A stretch of 64,000 nucleotides of DNA from an uncultured Eubacteriaceae bacterium (GCA_964581565.1 CAZOOZ010000004.1:5693-69692), one strand, 5' to 3'. Numbered from the stretch's first letter, positions 29,996-40,517 are shown. Numbers and translations: made by a program. The notes: generated from the letters alone by a model not told the origin.

Positions 29996-31336
29996 ATGAT
30001 GAGAGATCAAACAAGTTTTTTTAATAGTTCTCAGGAAAATAATAAAGCAAGACCTTTGGCGAGCAGAATGAGGCCGCAAAATATTTCAGAAATAGTCGGG
30101 CAAGATCATCTTCTGAGTAAAGGGAAAACATTAAGGCGGATGATTGAGTCGGATAGTATTTCCAGCATGATATTATATGGGCCTCCGGGCAGCGGAAAAA
30201 CAACACTTGCCTATGTGATTTCAAAGAGCACAGGTTGCGAATTTCTTACTTTAAACGCTACTACTTCAGGGATAAAAGATATCAGGCTGGCAATTGAAAG
30301 TGCATTAAACGCAAAAAAATATTATAATAAAAAAACAATTTTGTTCATTGATGAGATACACAGATTTAACACTGCACAGCAAGATGCATTACTGCCCTAC
30401 GTGGAAGACGGAGTGGTGATCATCATAGGAGCGACTACTGAAAATCCGTATTTTGAAGTGAATTCTCCCTTGATATCAAGGCTGACAGTGTTTGTTTTAA
30501 AAGAAATGGCTGAGCAGGATATAGAAAAAATTCTTTTGCGCGCTATAAATGATACAAGAAACGGATATGGAAATTATAATGTTATTTTAGATAAAGAGGC
30601 CAAAAGTTATATTGCAAAAATATCTTCTGGTGATGCAAGAAGTGCGCTCAACACTTTAGAACTCGCCGTGCTGACTACGCAGCCCGATGAGCAAAAAGGC
30701 ATTTTTATTGATCTAAAAACGGCGCAAGAATGTGCACAAAAAAGAACAGTGCTATATGATAAAGATGGCGACAACCATTATGATACTATATCGGCATTTA
30801 TAAAAAGCATGCGTGGCGGCAGTCCGGACGCTGCGGTATTTTATCTCGCAAAAATGTTGACAGTAGGAGAAGATATAAAGTTTATTGCCAGACGTATGAT
30901 TATATTTGCATCAGAAGATATAGGTAATGCGGACGTCAATGCATTAAATATAGCAGTCAATGCCTTTAATGCGGTCAATATAGTCGGGCTTCCGGAAGCG
31001 AAAATAATTCTTTCACAAGCGGCAATCTATTTATCATGTGCTCCAAAATCAAATGCCTCTTATATAGCTATTGAAAATGCCTTGGAAGACATTCAAAGCG
31101 GAATAGATACTACGGTGCCTTTGCATTTAAGGGATAGTTCATATAAGAATAAAGAGAAATTTGGATATGGCTTGGAATATAAATATCCGCATAATTATGA
31201 AGACGGATATGTTAATCAAGAATATCTTCCGGCAGGTGCACAAAACAAAAAATATTACAGACCCAAAAACATAGGATACGAAGAGATAATATATAAATAT
31301 TTGCAAACATTGGACGAAAAGAAAAATCAAAAATAA
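29996..31336 (+). CDS. rarA: replication-associated recombination protein A (MgsA/RarA AAA+ ATPase)
   Basis: LASRMRPQNISEIVGQDHL, Walker A GPPGSGKTT, Walker B FIDEIHRFN and the C-terminal MgsA domain (YDTISAFIKSMRGSPDAA-like). Confidence 0.92.
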   Translation: MMRDQTSFFNSSQENNKARPLASRMRPQNISEIVGQDHLLSKGKTLRRMIESDSISSMILYGPPGSGKTTLAYVISKSTGCEFLTLNATTSGIKDIRLAIESALNAKKYYNKKTILFIDEIHRFNTAQQDALLPYVEDGVVIIIGATTENPYFEVNSPLISRLTVFVLKEMAEQDIEKILLRAINDTRNGYGNYNVILDKEAKSYIAKISSGDARSALNTLELAVLTTQPDEQKGIFIDLKTAQECAQKRTVLYDKDGDNHYDTISAFIKSMRGGSPDAAVFYLAKMLTVGEDIKFIARRMIIFASEDIGNADVNALNIAVNAFNAVNIVGLPEAKIILSQAAIYLSCAPKSNASYIAIENALEDIQSGIDTTVPLHLRDSSYKNKEKFGYGLEYKYPHNYEDGYVNQEYLPAGAQNKKYYRPKNIGYEEIIYKYLQTLDEKKNQK

Positions 31337-31346
31337 GGAGATTAAA

Positions 31347-34253
31347 ATGTTGATTACTGGAAAAATTTATAACGGATTTTATTTAAAAGAAAAAACTGAA
31401 ATTAATGAAATAGATAGTACCCTTTATTATTTTGAGCATCAAAAAACAAAAGCTGAATTAGTGTATTTATCAAACACGGATGAAAACAAGGTATTTTCCA
31501 TTGCATTTAAAACACCTGTTTCAGATAGCACAGGGGTGGCACATATTATTGAGCACAGTGTGTTAAACGGATCAAAAAAATATCCTTTAAAAGAGCCATT
31601 TGTCGAACTTTTAAAAGGATCTTTAAAAACTTTTTTAAATGCAATGACTTATCCGGATAAAACAATATATCCTATTGCAAGTATTAATGAAAAAGATTTT
31701 ATGAATTTGATGGATGTATATTTGGATGCCGTGTTTTATCCGCGAATTTATGAAAATGAATTTGTGTTTATGCAAGAAGGATGGCATTATCATTTAGAAA
31801 ACGAAAGTGATCCTCTCACCTATAACGGAGTTGTCTATAATGAAATGAAAGGTGCATATTCAAATCCTGATGAAATATTAATCGACAGCATCCTTGAAAC
31901 ATTATATCCGGATACTTCTTATAAATATTCATCAGGAGGAAGGCCGGATGATATTATAAAACTAAGTTATAGCGACTTTATCGATTTTCACAAAAAATAT
32001 TATCATCCTTCCAACAGTGTTATCTATTTATATGGCAACTGCCATATTGATGATTGCCTGGCATATTTAAATGATGAATATTTAAGTAAATTTGATTATA
32101 AAAAAATGCCCGATAATGTGCCTAGTCAAAAAAGAACCAATACTTTTGAAGAAATTATAAAATATTACCCGATTACAGAAGAAGAAAGTAACAAAGGTAA
32201 GGAAATCTATAATCTAAGTTATAGTATTGGTGATGCCAAAGACCCGAAATTAAAGATGAGTTTTCAAATTTTGGAGAAACTTCTCGTACAATATCCATCT
32301 TCGCCGATAAGAATCGCTTTTAACGATACAAAAATCGGAAAAGAAATCGACGGTTTTTACGAAACAGATTTATATTATTACACATTGATGTTTATTGGAA
32401 GAGATCTTACGGAAAATACACAAGATAAATTTTTTGATCTTATAAAAAATACACTTAATGATTTAGTAAAACATGGAATCAATAAGGATTTAATTGATGC
32501 CGCTTTAAATATGTATGAATTTTCAATTAAAGATATCGATAATTCAACGCTTCCAAAAGGATTGCTTTATAACATTGATATTTTAGATGCGCTCATATAT
32601 GGATATAATCCCAAAACACATATAGCTTATAAGCAAAGCTTGGATGAAATAAAATCGTTGGCTCATCATGGTTATTTTGAAAAATTAATAAATCAATACA
32701 TTTTGAACAATCCACATAAGACAGCTATTGTTTTGCGCCCTAAAAAAGGTATAGCGGAGGCAAAAGACAGGCTCATTCAAAAGTCATTGCAAGAAAAAAA
32801 AGATCAGTTAAATAATAAGGAAATAAAAGACATAATAGATAAAACAAAAGAATTGATCAGAATTCAAAATACTCCGGATAGTAAAGAAAACCTCAGTAAA
32901 ATACCGGTGCTGCCACTCAGCGAAATCCAAAATCCCAAGAAACGATTCTTAAAAAAGAGTGATAATATTTTCTTATATAATGATAATACACAAGGCGTTA
33001 TTTATTTAAACGCTTATTACGATATCAGTGAGTTCGATCTCTCGAAATACCATTATATTAATCTTTTGTCATCTTGCCTAACAGAAGTATCAACTGAAAA
33101 TTATTCTTTCGATCAGCTTTCAAATGCGATTAAAATTAATACCGGGGGACTTGATTTCAATGTAACAATAAGTAAAAATCTCAAAACCAATAAAGCATAT
33201 CCTCAGTTAGTCGTCAGTCTGCGCTTTTTATACGAAAAGAAAGATAAAGCTATGAATCTGCTGGATGAAATCATTTCAAAGAGTATTCTCAGCGATAAGA
33301 AAAGAGTTTTTGAAATTATTGCAAAGCAAGCAGCTCAAGAAAAAAATAAAATTATCTATAATGCAAGGGGAGTGTTACTCAACAGGTTAAGCTCTTATCT
33401 CAATTCTGCTGCCGCTCTAAGCGAATATTTGCAAGGGCTGGATTATTATGATTTTATTGAAGATATTTATATAAATTTTGAAGAAAAATATGATGAAACT
33501 GTCACAGAGATGCTAAAAATATATGATTTCATCTTTTCAAACTGTAAAATCGAAATTTTACTTACATTAGAAGAGAAGTATAATGAAAGCATTATGAATT
33601 TATCCCGCAATTTCTTTGAAAAATATGAAAGCAACAATTCATCAAAAGATATTCATTTCGCTTATGAAGCGAAAAACGAGGCTTTAATTATGTCCACAGA
33701 TGTAAATTATGTCGGCAGAGCCTATGATTTTGTAAAAGCGGGATATGCATACAATGGATTTATGTTAGTATTAAAAACTATCATGCAAACAGATTATCTT
33801 TGGAATAATGTAAGAGTAAGAGGAGGGGCCTATGGAGCCTTCTTTGTAGTCGAACGCTCGGGGAATATTATTATTTCATCTTACAGAGACCCTCATATAT
33901 CTCGTACGTATGAAGTATTTGATGATATCGATGATTATTTGAAACAAATTGAATTAGATAAAGAATCTTTAAACAAATTTATTATTGGCACAATTGCTTC
34001 TTTGGATATGCCTGTGCCTCCCTTGGCAATCGCTAAACGTGAATATATTGCTTATAAAAGTGATGTTACGTATGAAGAAAGAATGAAAATAAGAGATGAT
34101 ATACTCTCTACTACTGTGAATGACATAAAGGATTTTGTAGATATGTTTAATAAGATGAAATCAGAGCAGAATTATTTGTGCACAATTGCGTCAAAAACCG
34201 CAATAGAAAAAAATAAAAAATTATATATGAATTTTAAATATTTAATTAAATAA
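31347..34253 (+). CDS. M16C (PreP-like) insulinase-family metallopeptidase
   Basis: 968 aa with the inverted zinc motif HIIEHS and a downstream E in the LNAMTYPDKT region. The size is typical of M16C. Confidence 0.85.
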   Translation: MLITGKIYNGFYLKEKTEINEIDSTLYYFEHQKTKAELVYLSNTDENKVFSIAFKTPVSDSTGVAHIIEHSVLNGSKKYPLKEPFVELLKGSLKTFLNAMTYPDKTIYPIASINEKDFMNLMDVYLDAVFYPRIYENEFVFMQEGWHYHLENESDPLTYNGVVYNEMKGAYSNPDEILIDSILETLYPDTSYKYSSGGRPDDIIKLSYSDFIDFHKKYYHPSNSVIYLYGNCHIDDCLAYLNDEYLSKFDYKKMPDNVPSQKRTNTFEEIIKYYPITEEESNKGKEIYNLSYSIGDAKDPKLKMSFQILEKLLVQYPSSPIRIAFNDTKIGKEIDGFYETDLYYYTLMFIGRDLTENTQDKFFDLIKNTLNDLVKHGINKDLIDAALNMYEFSIKDIDNSTLPKGLLYNIDILDALIYGYNPKTHIAYKQSLDEIKSLAHHGYFEKLINQYILNNPHKTAIVLRPKKGIAEAKDRLIQKSLQEKKDQLNNKEIKDIIDKTKELIRIQNTPDSKENLSKIPVLPLSEIQNPKKRFLKKSDNIFLYNDNTQGVIYLNAYYDISEFDLSKYHYINLLSSCLTEVSTENYSFDQLSNAIKINTGGLDFNVTISKNLKTNKAYPQLVVSLRFLYEKKDKAMNLLDEIISKSILSDKKRVFEIIAKQAAQEKNKIIYNARGVLLNRLSSYLNSAAALSEYLQGLDYYDFIEDIYINFEEKYDETVTEMLKIYDFIFSNCKIEILLTLEEKYNESIMNLSRNFFEKYESNNSSKDIHFAYEAKNEALIMSTDVNYVGRAYDFVKAGYAYNGFMLVLKTIMQTDYLWNNVRVRGGAYGAFFVVERSGNIIISSYRDPHISRTYEVFDDIDDYLKQIELDKESLNKFIIGTIASLDMPVPPLAIAKREYIAYKSDVTYEERMKIRDDILSTTVNDIKDFVDMFNKMKSEQNYLCTIASKTAIEKNKKLYMNFKYLIK

Positions 34254-34254
34254 A

Positions 34255-35571
34255 ATGAAGAAAATTTTATCAATGCTCATGGTGATGTGCTTAGTTTTTT
34301 CTATTGCATCACCTGTCATTTTTGCTCAAAGTATAGGCATTAATGATGTTGAGGAAAAAGGTATATACATAGAAGAAATATCTACAAATACATTAATATA
34401 TCAAAATAATTCAAATGAGAAATATTATCCAGCGAGCATAACAAAGCTTTTAACGGCTTTAACTGCGGTTGATTATGTCGATTTAGATGAGATCATTACT
34501 GTGGGAAGCGAAATATATGCTATTTCACAGAATTCCAGTAGAGCAAATATTAAACCTGGTGAAAAGTTGACATTCTCAGAACTTCTGTATGCGATGCTGC
34601 TTCCGTCAGGTAATGATGCAGCAAATGTCGTTGCTGCATACACCGCAAAGAAATTAGATGCCACTTTGAAAACGATAGATGAACAAATCGCTTATTTTGC
34701 ATCTCTGATGAATAAAAAAGCCAAAGAATTGGGGACATTAAATTCGAATTTTGTGAACCCGAGCGGGCTGCATGATAATAATCATTACACAACGGCATAT
34801 GATATGTGTATGATTGCCAAAGATTTTTTAAAAAATGATATACTCTCAGAGATTGCATCAACGACTGAGTATTCAACCAATAATAAAAAACATACATGGT
34901 TTAACGGCAACTTATTATTACAGAAAACACTTGATAATATCGCGTGGACTGATAGGGACGGAGATAATAAATATTATTGCCAATATGCCAAAGGATTAAA
35001 AACAGGATATACCATTAAAGCAGGCAGAACGATTGTTGCATATTTTGAAAAAGACGGAATGCAAATAATAGTGGTCATTTTAAAATCTAATGAAGATGAT
35101 TTGTTTTCAGATGCAATTGAGGCTTTTAATTACGTTACCGAAAACTATCATTTGCTTTCTTTCGGAGCAGCCGGACAACTTGTAGATCAAATAGAAATCA
35201 TAAATAATAAAAAAGATAGCTCGAAAGAATTGAGTATAACTTGTGAAAAAAACATAAATTTACTGGCAGCAAAGCAATACGATGGCTTTATATATAAAAA
35301 TATATTTGATGCGGATCTAATAAGCTTTAAATTCGGGAAATATTTTATAAAAGCAGATATTTTACAAGGAAGTGTAATAGGTCAGGCAATTGTTGAAGAT
35401 GAGGATGGCAGTCAGGTTGTATCAGTGAATTTAATTGCGGACAATTCTGTTTTAAGAGATGAATTTTATTTTGAAAAATATATCAGCATAGGTATATTAC
35501 TTATTCTTTGTCTATCGATTCTTTTTATTAAAAAGAAAAAAAGAGGAAAAAATGAACGAAAAATTATATAA
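34255..35571 (+). CDS. D-alanyl-D-alanine carboxypeptidase (S11 family PBP)
   Basis: Signal peptide, SxxK (ASITKLLT), SGN (LPSGND), KTG (LKTGYT) and a C-terminal membrane anchor. Confidence 0.85.
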   Translation: MKKILSMLMVMCLVFSIASPVIFAQSIGINDVEEKGIYIEEISTNTLIYQNNSNEKYYPASITKLLTALTAVDYVDLDEIITVGSEIYAISQNSSRANIKPGEKLTFSELLYAMLLPSGNDAANVVAAYTAKKLDATLKTIDEQIAYFASLMNKKAKELGTLNSNFVNPSGLHDNNHYTTAYDMCMIAKDFLKNDILSEIASTTEYSTNNKKHTWFNGNLLLQKTLDNIAWTDRDGDNKYYCQYAKGLKTGYTIKAGRTIVAYFEKDGMQIIVVILKSNEDDLFSDAIEAFNYVTENYHLLSFGAAGQLVDQIEIINNKKDSSKELSITCEKNINLLAAKQYDGFIYKNIFDADLISFKFGKYFIKADILQGSVIGQAIVEDEDGSQVVSVNLIADNSVLRDEFYFEKYISIGILLILCLSILFIKKKKRGKNERKII

Positions 35572-37906
35572 AATTTTAGAATATAATAAAATACTTGAAA
35601 ACATACAAATATATGCAAAAGCTGAAATATCAAAGAAAAGAATAGCCGCCATTGCACCTTGTATCAAAAAAAATATAGTACAGAGCGAGTTGATAAAAAC
35701 CGAACAAGCATTAAAAGTAGTCAACACAATCGGTATGATCCCGATCACTGCGTTTCACACACTTGATCACTCTTTTTTGAAAGCTCAGAAAGGTGGAGTG
35801 CTTAGCATTTTTGAGTTTTTTGAATTGAAAAGGTTTTTAAAAATTTGTTCGGATGTACTCAAGTATTTTACTGAAAATATGTTGTTGAAATTAGATATTG
35901 ATTTAATATTGGCTGTCGTATCCTATTTAAATATTGATTTCGAATTTTTGAAAGAATTAGAAAAAATTTTTATCGACAGTGAGCAGATAGCAGATAATGC
36001 TTCTGTTAATTTAATGAAGCTGAGAAGAGAAATAAAAGGTCTTAACAGCGATATTATTACTACAATCAACTCCATTTTAAATAATTCGAACAATAAAAAA
36101 TATTTATCGGATACCATGCCTGCCATGAAAAATCAGAGACTTACAATACCTGTAAAAGCAGAATATAAGGATGTTATTCGTGGCACTGTTCACGATATAT
36201 CCTCAACAGGTTCCACATATTTTATAGAACCTGAAAAGGCTTTTAATATAAATAATCAATTAAAAGAAGTACAAATAAAAGAAAAACAGGAAGTAGAAAA
36301 AATTCTTGCAGAATTTAGTGAACGTGTTGCTGCGATGGCCGATGATCTTCTTTTGTGTTACGATGCGTTAATTAATCTGGATGTTATTTTTGCCAAGGCG
36401 GAATATGCCCTAAAGTTGAATGCTATCTGCCCGGTGCTTATTGAGGATGGGAATACTGTGCTTTATTCTGCAAGACATCCGTTGATAAATCAAAAAAGTG
36501 TTGTAGCCTCGGATATTATTTTTAGTGAGAATTATTCTATAGTTATAATCACAGGACCGAATACAGGAGGGAAAACAGTAGCATTAAAAACTTTGGGATT
36601 GCTGCAGCTTATGGCTCAAAGTGGAATTTTGATACCCGCAAAAGAATATAGTAAAATCAATGTGTTTGAGAAGATTTATGCTGATATAGGTGATGAACAA
36701 AGCATAGAACAGTCCCTTTCGACATTTTCATCGCATATGAAAAATATAATTGGAATTTTAAATGATGCAGATGAAAAAACATTGATTTTAATAGATGAAA
36801 TCGGAGCCGGTACGGATCCTGTGGAAGGAGCCGCGCTTGGTATGTCGATTATTGATGCGATTTTGGAAAAAAAGTCAAAAGCTTTCATTAGTACCCATTA
36901 TTCAGAGTTAAAGAAATATGCTTTAATAAAAAAAGGTGTTATCAATGCAAGCGTGGAATTTGATGCAGATACATTAAAACCGACTTATAAATTGGTAATC
37001 GGATTACCAGGAGAGTCCAACGCCATAAAGATTGCTCAGAGGCTTGGACTGCAAAATAGTATAATCTCTAATGCCAAAGGATATTTGAATAATAAAGACG
37101 AAAGTTTTGAAAATATACTTCAAAAAATAAAGGAAAAGCAAGTAGAAATAGATGGCAACGCACAACAGGCGCGACATAGTATGCTACAAGCAGAAGAATA
37201 TCTAAAAAAAGCAAGAGAGACCGAACAAAGCATTTTAGAAAAAAAAGAGCAGATGATCGACGATGCGAAATCAGAAGCGCGCAATATCGTTTTACAAGCA
37301 AAGACACAGTCGAATACGCTGGTCAGTGAATTGATTAATCTTAAAAAAGAAGCAAGCAATATAAATTTAAAACAAGCTGAAGCAGTAAAGCAAGAACTAA
37401 ACGAGATAAGCAAAAAATTAGAGAAGTCTAAAACGATTAGTATTAATAACGAGAATTTAAATCAAAAAGGAAATTATCATATTGGCGATAATGTATATAT
37501 AAAACACTTAAATGCACACGGAATTATACAAAAGTTTTTTGGCAGGCATGAAGCAGAAGTCGTAGTCGGCTCAATACGCTTAAAATTTAATATGAATCTT
37601 TTAGAGAAAGAAAACAAGCAAAAGCAATCATCGTTTGTATCTGTGAAAAAACAAAATAAGCAAACTGCTACATCAATAGATGTTAGGGGAATGGACAGTA
37701 TTGATGCCATCAAAACAATTGATAAATATATTGATGACGCAGTCATTGCTGCATATAAATCAGTGATGATTATTCATGGAAAGGGAGAGGGTATCCTGAG
37801 AAAACAAACTTTGGAATTTTTAAGACAAAATCCAAATGTGCGATCTTTTAGAACGGGAGGATATACGGAAGGAGGAACCGGCGTTACTGTCGTAGACTTA
37901 TTGTAA
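35552..37906 (+). CDS. mutS2: endonuclease MutS2
   Basis: 784 aa. MutS domain V Walker A GPNTGGKT, DEIGAGTDP, a long coiled region and a C-terminal Smr domain (IDVRGM...IIHGKGEGILR). Confidence 0.93.
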   Translation: MNEKLYKILEYNKILENIQIYAKAEISKKRIAAIAPCIKKNIVQSELIKTEQALKVVNTIGMIPITAFHTLDHSFLKAQKGGVLSIFEFFELKRFLKICSDVLKYFTENMLLKLDIDLILAVVSYLNIDFEFLKELEKIFIDSEQIADNASVNLMKLRREIKGLNSDIITTINSILNNSNNKKYLSDTMPAMKNQRLTIPVKAEYKDVIRGTVHDISSTGSTYFIEPEKAFNINNQLKEVQIKEKQEVEKILAEFSERVAAMADDLLLCYDALINLDVIFAKAEYALKLNAICPVLIEDGNTVLYSARHPLINQKSVVASDIIFSENYSIVIITGPNTGGKTVALKTLGLLQLMAQSGILIPAKEYSKINVFEKIYADIGDEQSIEQSLSTFSSHMKNIIGILNDADEKTLILIDEIGAGTDPVEGAALGMSIIDAILEKKSKAFISTHYSELKKYALIKKGVINASVEFDADTLKPTYKLVIGLPGESNAIKIAQRLGLQNSIISNAKGYLNNKDESFENILQKIKEKQVEIDGNAQQARHSMLQAEEYLKKARETEQSILEKKEQMIDDAKSEARNIVLQAKTQSNTLVSELINLKKEASNINLKQAEAVKQELNEISKKLEKSKTISINNENLNQKGNYHIGDNVYIKHLNAHGIIQKFFGRHEAEVVVGSIRLKFNMNLLEKENKQKQSSFVSVKKQNKQTATSIDVRGMDSIDAIKTIDKYIDDAVIAAYKSVMIIHGKGEGILRKQTLEFLRQNPNVRSFRTGGYTEGGTGVTVVDLL

Positions 37907-38041
37907 TAATAGAGTGGATAAATTAAAGCATAATGTTGTATTTTAAAGTTCAGATTGTTGGTAGTATAGATCACTTTGTTTAAATCGTTAAAAGTATAAT
38001 GCGCAATAAGATTCATATAATAATAACAAAAGGAGAGAGCT

Positions 38042-38473
38042 ATGAACAAAACTGCTGAAAAAATTGTGTGTACATTACTTTTAATTAGCTTAGTATTAGT
38101 TGTGTCGTTTCAAACTTTAATAACCAGAAACGTTATTACTCCGGTTACGGCTACAGATATGCGCCAAGATATTACAGCGTATGAAGATAGTGAATATTAT
38201 CCTCAAAAATATGATCTTACTTTGGCAATCTCTGACATGAATGCAAAAATAATGGTTAATGGTTATTATCTAAGTGATTCAACTGTTGAGAATGACACTA
38301 TAAGTTTTTCCGTATATGACGGCGATGTCGTTGAATGTGATTTAAGAAATTGTAACAGCGTAGTTTCTATTCAACTTATTAAAAAAGATAATAAATTAAA
38401 TTTTCCTAAAAATAATTTCCGAGTAGAAGGGGCTGAAACGATATTGTATCTCTTTAAAACCGATGGAGAATAA
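38042..38473 (+). CDS. hypothetical membrane-anchored/secreted protein
   Basis: 143 aa with an N-terminal hydrophobic anchor. I recognise no family. Confidence 0.4.
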   Translation: MNKTAEKIVCTLLLISLVLVVSFQTLITRNVITPVTATDMRQDITAYEDSEYYPQKYDLTLAISDMNAKIMVNGYYLSDSTVENDTISFSVYDGDVVECDLRNCNSVVSIQLIKKDNKLNFPKNNFRVEGAETILYLFKTDGE

Positions 38474-38476
38474 TTT

Positions 38477-38971
38477 TTACTCATCATTAATCTCATGACA
38501 TTTTTTACAAGGTCTATATCCTGCATCCTCTGCCTGCCGGATGGTCATGATGTAATATTCATTTTTGGTGTTTTGAAAAAAATAACAGTTATATGTATGG
38601 TAAACCTTACTGCCGTCTAAGATGATAGCACAATTTTCATTAAAAAATGTGATTTCTTCTTCTGATTTTAAGAGTTCATCATTCAATCCATCGATTTTTA
38701 TCTCTTCTTCTTGCAGAACACGTTCCATTTGTTGTAAATTTTGAGTTAATATATATATTTTATGGATGGAAATAACCAAGCATAAACTAAGGATGAGTAA
38801 AAGGGTATTTAATATAAATATTTTTATTGGTTTATTTTTTGAATTAACGCATTCTTCGTCTGGATTAATTCTGGTGTTATCTATAATACATCCACATTCT
38901 TTGCAATACTGAATATGCTGGTTGTTGGCTTGCATATATTGTGCGGCTAAATTTTCTTGTTTTTCATCCAT
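38477..38971 (-). CDS. membrane protein with N-terminal zinc ribbon and C-terminal Ada-like metal-binding domain
   Basis: 164 aa. CKECGC...C near the N-terminus, one TM helix, a coiled coil, and a C-terminal YHTYNC...AGYRPCKKC that resembles the Ada Zn-binding motif. Confidence 0.5.
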   Translation of the reverse strand: MDEKQENLAAQYMQANNQHIQYCKECGCIIDNTRINPDEECVNSKNKPIKIFILNTLLLILSLCLVISIHKIYILTQNLQQMERVLQEEEIKIDGLNDELLKSEEEITFFNENCAIILDGSKVYHTYNCYFFQNTKNEYYIMTIRQAEDAGYRPCKKCHEINDE

Positions 38972-39040
38972 GTTCGTACCTTTTCTATCTTTTATACATT
39001 ATAAATATTTTAACACTGGATAGAAAAAACTACAATAAGT

Positions 39041-39075
39041 GATAAAAATACCTCAAGTTGCTGCATTCCTTGAGG
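39041..39075 (-). terminator. intrinsic terminator of the hsp20 pair
   Basis: On the minus strand, stem acctcaag / cttgaggt with an 11-nt loop, followed by atttttat. Confidence 0.65.
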
Positions 39076-39095
39076 TAAAATTATAATTTATAAAT

Positions 39096-39536
39096 TTATT
39101 TAATCGATATTTTATTTGTTGTATCACTTTTTTTAGTCGATTTTTTTGCTTTTATTGTTAAAAGCCCGTCTTTATATTCTGCCGTGATATTTTTCTCATC
39201 CAAATCTTTTAAATAGAATATTCTTTGGAAATGACCAAAGTTTCTTTCGTTTTTTAGATAATAATTATCCTCGTTTTGAACAGTTTTGCGATTAGCAGAT
39301 AATATAATTTGTCCGTATTCAGCTTCTATACTGATGTCTTCCTTATTTAATCCGGCCATTTCTGCTTCTATAATATATTGATCATCATGTTCCTGGATAT
39401 CCACATTGAATGTGAAATATTTACTGTCAATATATTTTTCGGGGAAGTTAATATAATCATCCCAAAATGATAAAAAATTTTTTTCTGGCCTTCCTCGCAT
39501 ATAGCGAGACGGATATTGATAATTTTGATGTTCCAT
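39096..39536 (-). CDS. Hsp20/alpha-crystallin family small heat-shock protein
   Basis: 146 aa with an alpha-crystallin domain (FNVDIQEHDDQYIIEAEMAGLNKEDISIE ... AEYKDGLLTIKAKK). Confidence 0.9.
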   Translation of the reverse strand: MEHQNYQYPSRYMRGRPEKNFLSFWDDYINFPEKYIDSKYFTFNVDIQEHDDQYIIEAEMAGLNKEDISIEAEYGQIILSANRKTVQNEDNYYLKNERNFGHFQRIFYLKDLDEKNITAEYKDGLLTIKAKKSTKKSDTTNKISIK

Positions 39537-39560
39537 ATTTATTATCTCTCCTCATATAAA

Positions 39561-40001
39561 TTAAGTTATAGTTATTTTTTTTGTTTTATTTTCTCTTGCG
39601 GATGCCTTTTTTGCATTGATTCTTAAAAGTCCATTTGTATATTCAGCGGTTATATTTTCTTCATCTAAATCACTTAAATAAAAAATACGCTGCAAATGAC
39701 CGAAATTTCTTTCTCGCTGAACATAATTAAATTCATCAATTTTTGATTCATTTTTGCGTTTGGCAGATAAAATGATTTGTCCATGTTTTGCTTCAATGCA
39801 AATGTCATCTTTGTTTAATCCTACTAATTCCGCTTCAATTGTATAATGATCATGGTGTTCATTGATATCCACATTAAATGTAAAATTTTTTTGTTCAGAA
39901 TATTGTTCTGGAAAATTAAAATAATCATCAAAAAATTCATCAAAATTTTTCATAGGACGTCCTTGAAAATGTCTTGATGGATAGTGGTAACAGTGATTCA
40001 T
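39561..40001 (-). CDS. Hsp20/alpha-crystallin family small heat-shock protein (tandem paralogue)
   Basis: 146 aa, collinear with its neighbour (FNVDINEHHDHYTIEAELVGLNKDDICIE ... AEYTNGLLRINAKK). Only 24 nt separate the two genes. Confidence 0.9.
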   Translation of the reverse strand: MNHCYHYPSRHFQGRPMKNFDEFFDDYFNFPEQYSEQKNFTFNVDINEHHDHYTIEAELVGLNKDDICIEAKHGQIILSAKRKNESKIDEFNYVQRERNFGHLQRIFYLSDLDEENITAEYTNGLLRINAKKASARENKTKKITIT

Positions 40002-40087
40002 GGTACTCCTCCTAAATTGAATTTATAATAGTACTATTTTAAACAAAAGAAGTCATAATATGTATCATCAGTAATATTTATTTACAC

Positions 40088-40120
40088 AAAAAAACATATA
40101 CCATTGGTATATGTTTTTTT
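40088..40120 (-). terminator. intrinsic terminator after nusB
   Basis: Stem acatatacc / ggtatatgt flanked by A7 and T7 runs, abutting the nusB stop codon. Confidence 0.7.
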
Positions 40121-40517
40121 ATTTTTTATTTTTATATACTTTATCAAGTAATCCGTTTACAAAAACTCCGGCAGTATCCCCGTTATATTTTTTTACTAAT
40201 TCTATAGCCTCGTTTATAGCCACTTTATCTGGTATTTCATCATTTAATAATATCTCGTAGATAGCTAGTCTTAATACGGAGATATCTACTTTATTGAGCC
40301 GCTTAATATTCCAATTAATCAAATGTTTACTTATAATATTATCGATATAAGATAGATTTTCTATTACGCCGAATATGGTACGTTTCGCATACTCAGCTGC
40401 ACTGTTATATAAACCTTCCCGTTCTAAATAATAATTAATATTATCAGTAAATTCATTATTAAAATCTTGCTGAAATAAAATAATAAAAGTCTTTTCCCTG
40501 ATTTCGCTTCTTTTCAT
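40119..40517 (-). CDS. nusB: transcription antitermination factor NusB
   Basis: 132 aa. MKRSEIREKTFIILFQ..., and the VDISVLRLAIYEIL block is typical of NusB. Confidence 0.9.
   Translation of the reverse strand: MKRSEIREKTFIILFQQDFNNEFTDNINYYLEREGLYNSAAEYAKRTIFGVIENLSYIDNIISKHLINWNIKRLNKVDISVLRLAIYEILLNDEIPDKVAINEAIELVKKYNGDTAGVFVNGLLDKVYKNKK

Noticed and set aside
40002-40092. CIRCE or CtsR operator upstream of the Hsp20 pair
   Set aside because: Neither a TTAGCACTC-N9-GAGTGCTAA inverted repeat nor a GGTCAAA direct repeat is present in this region.
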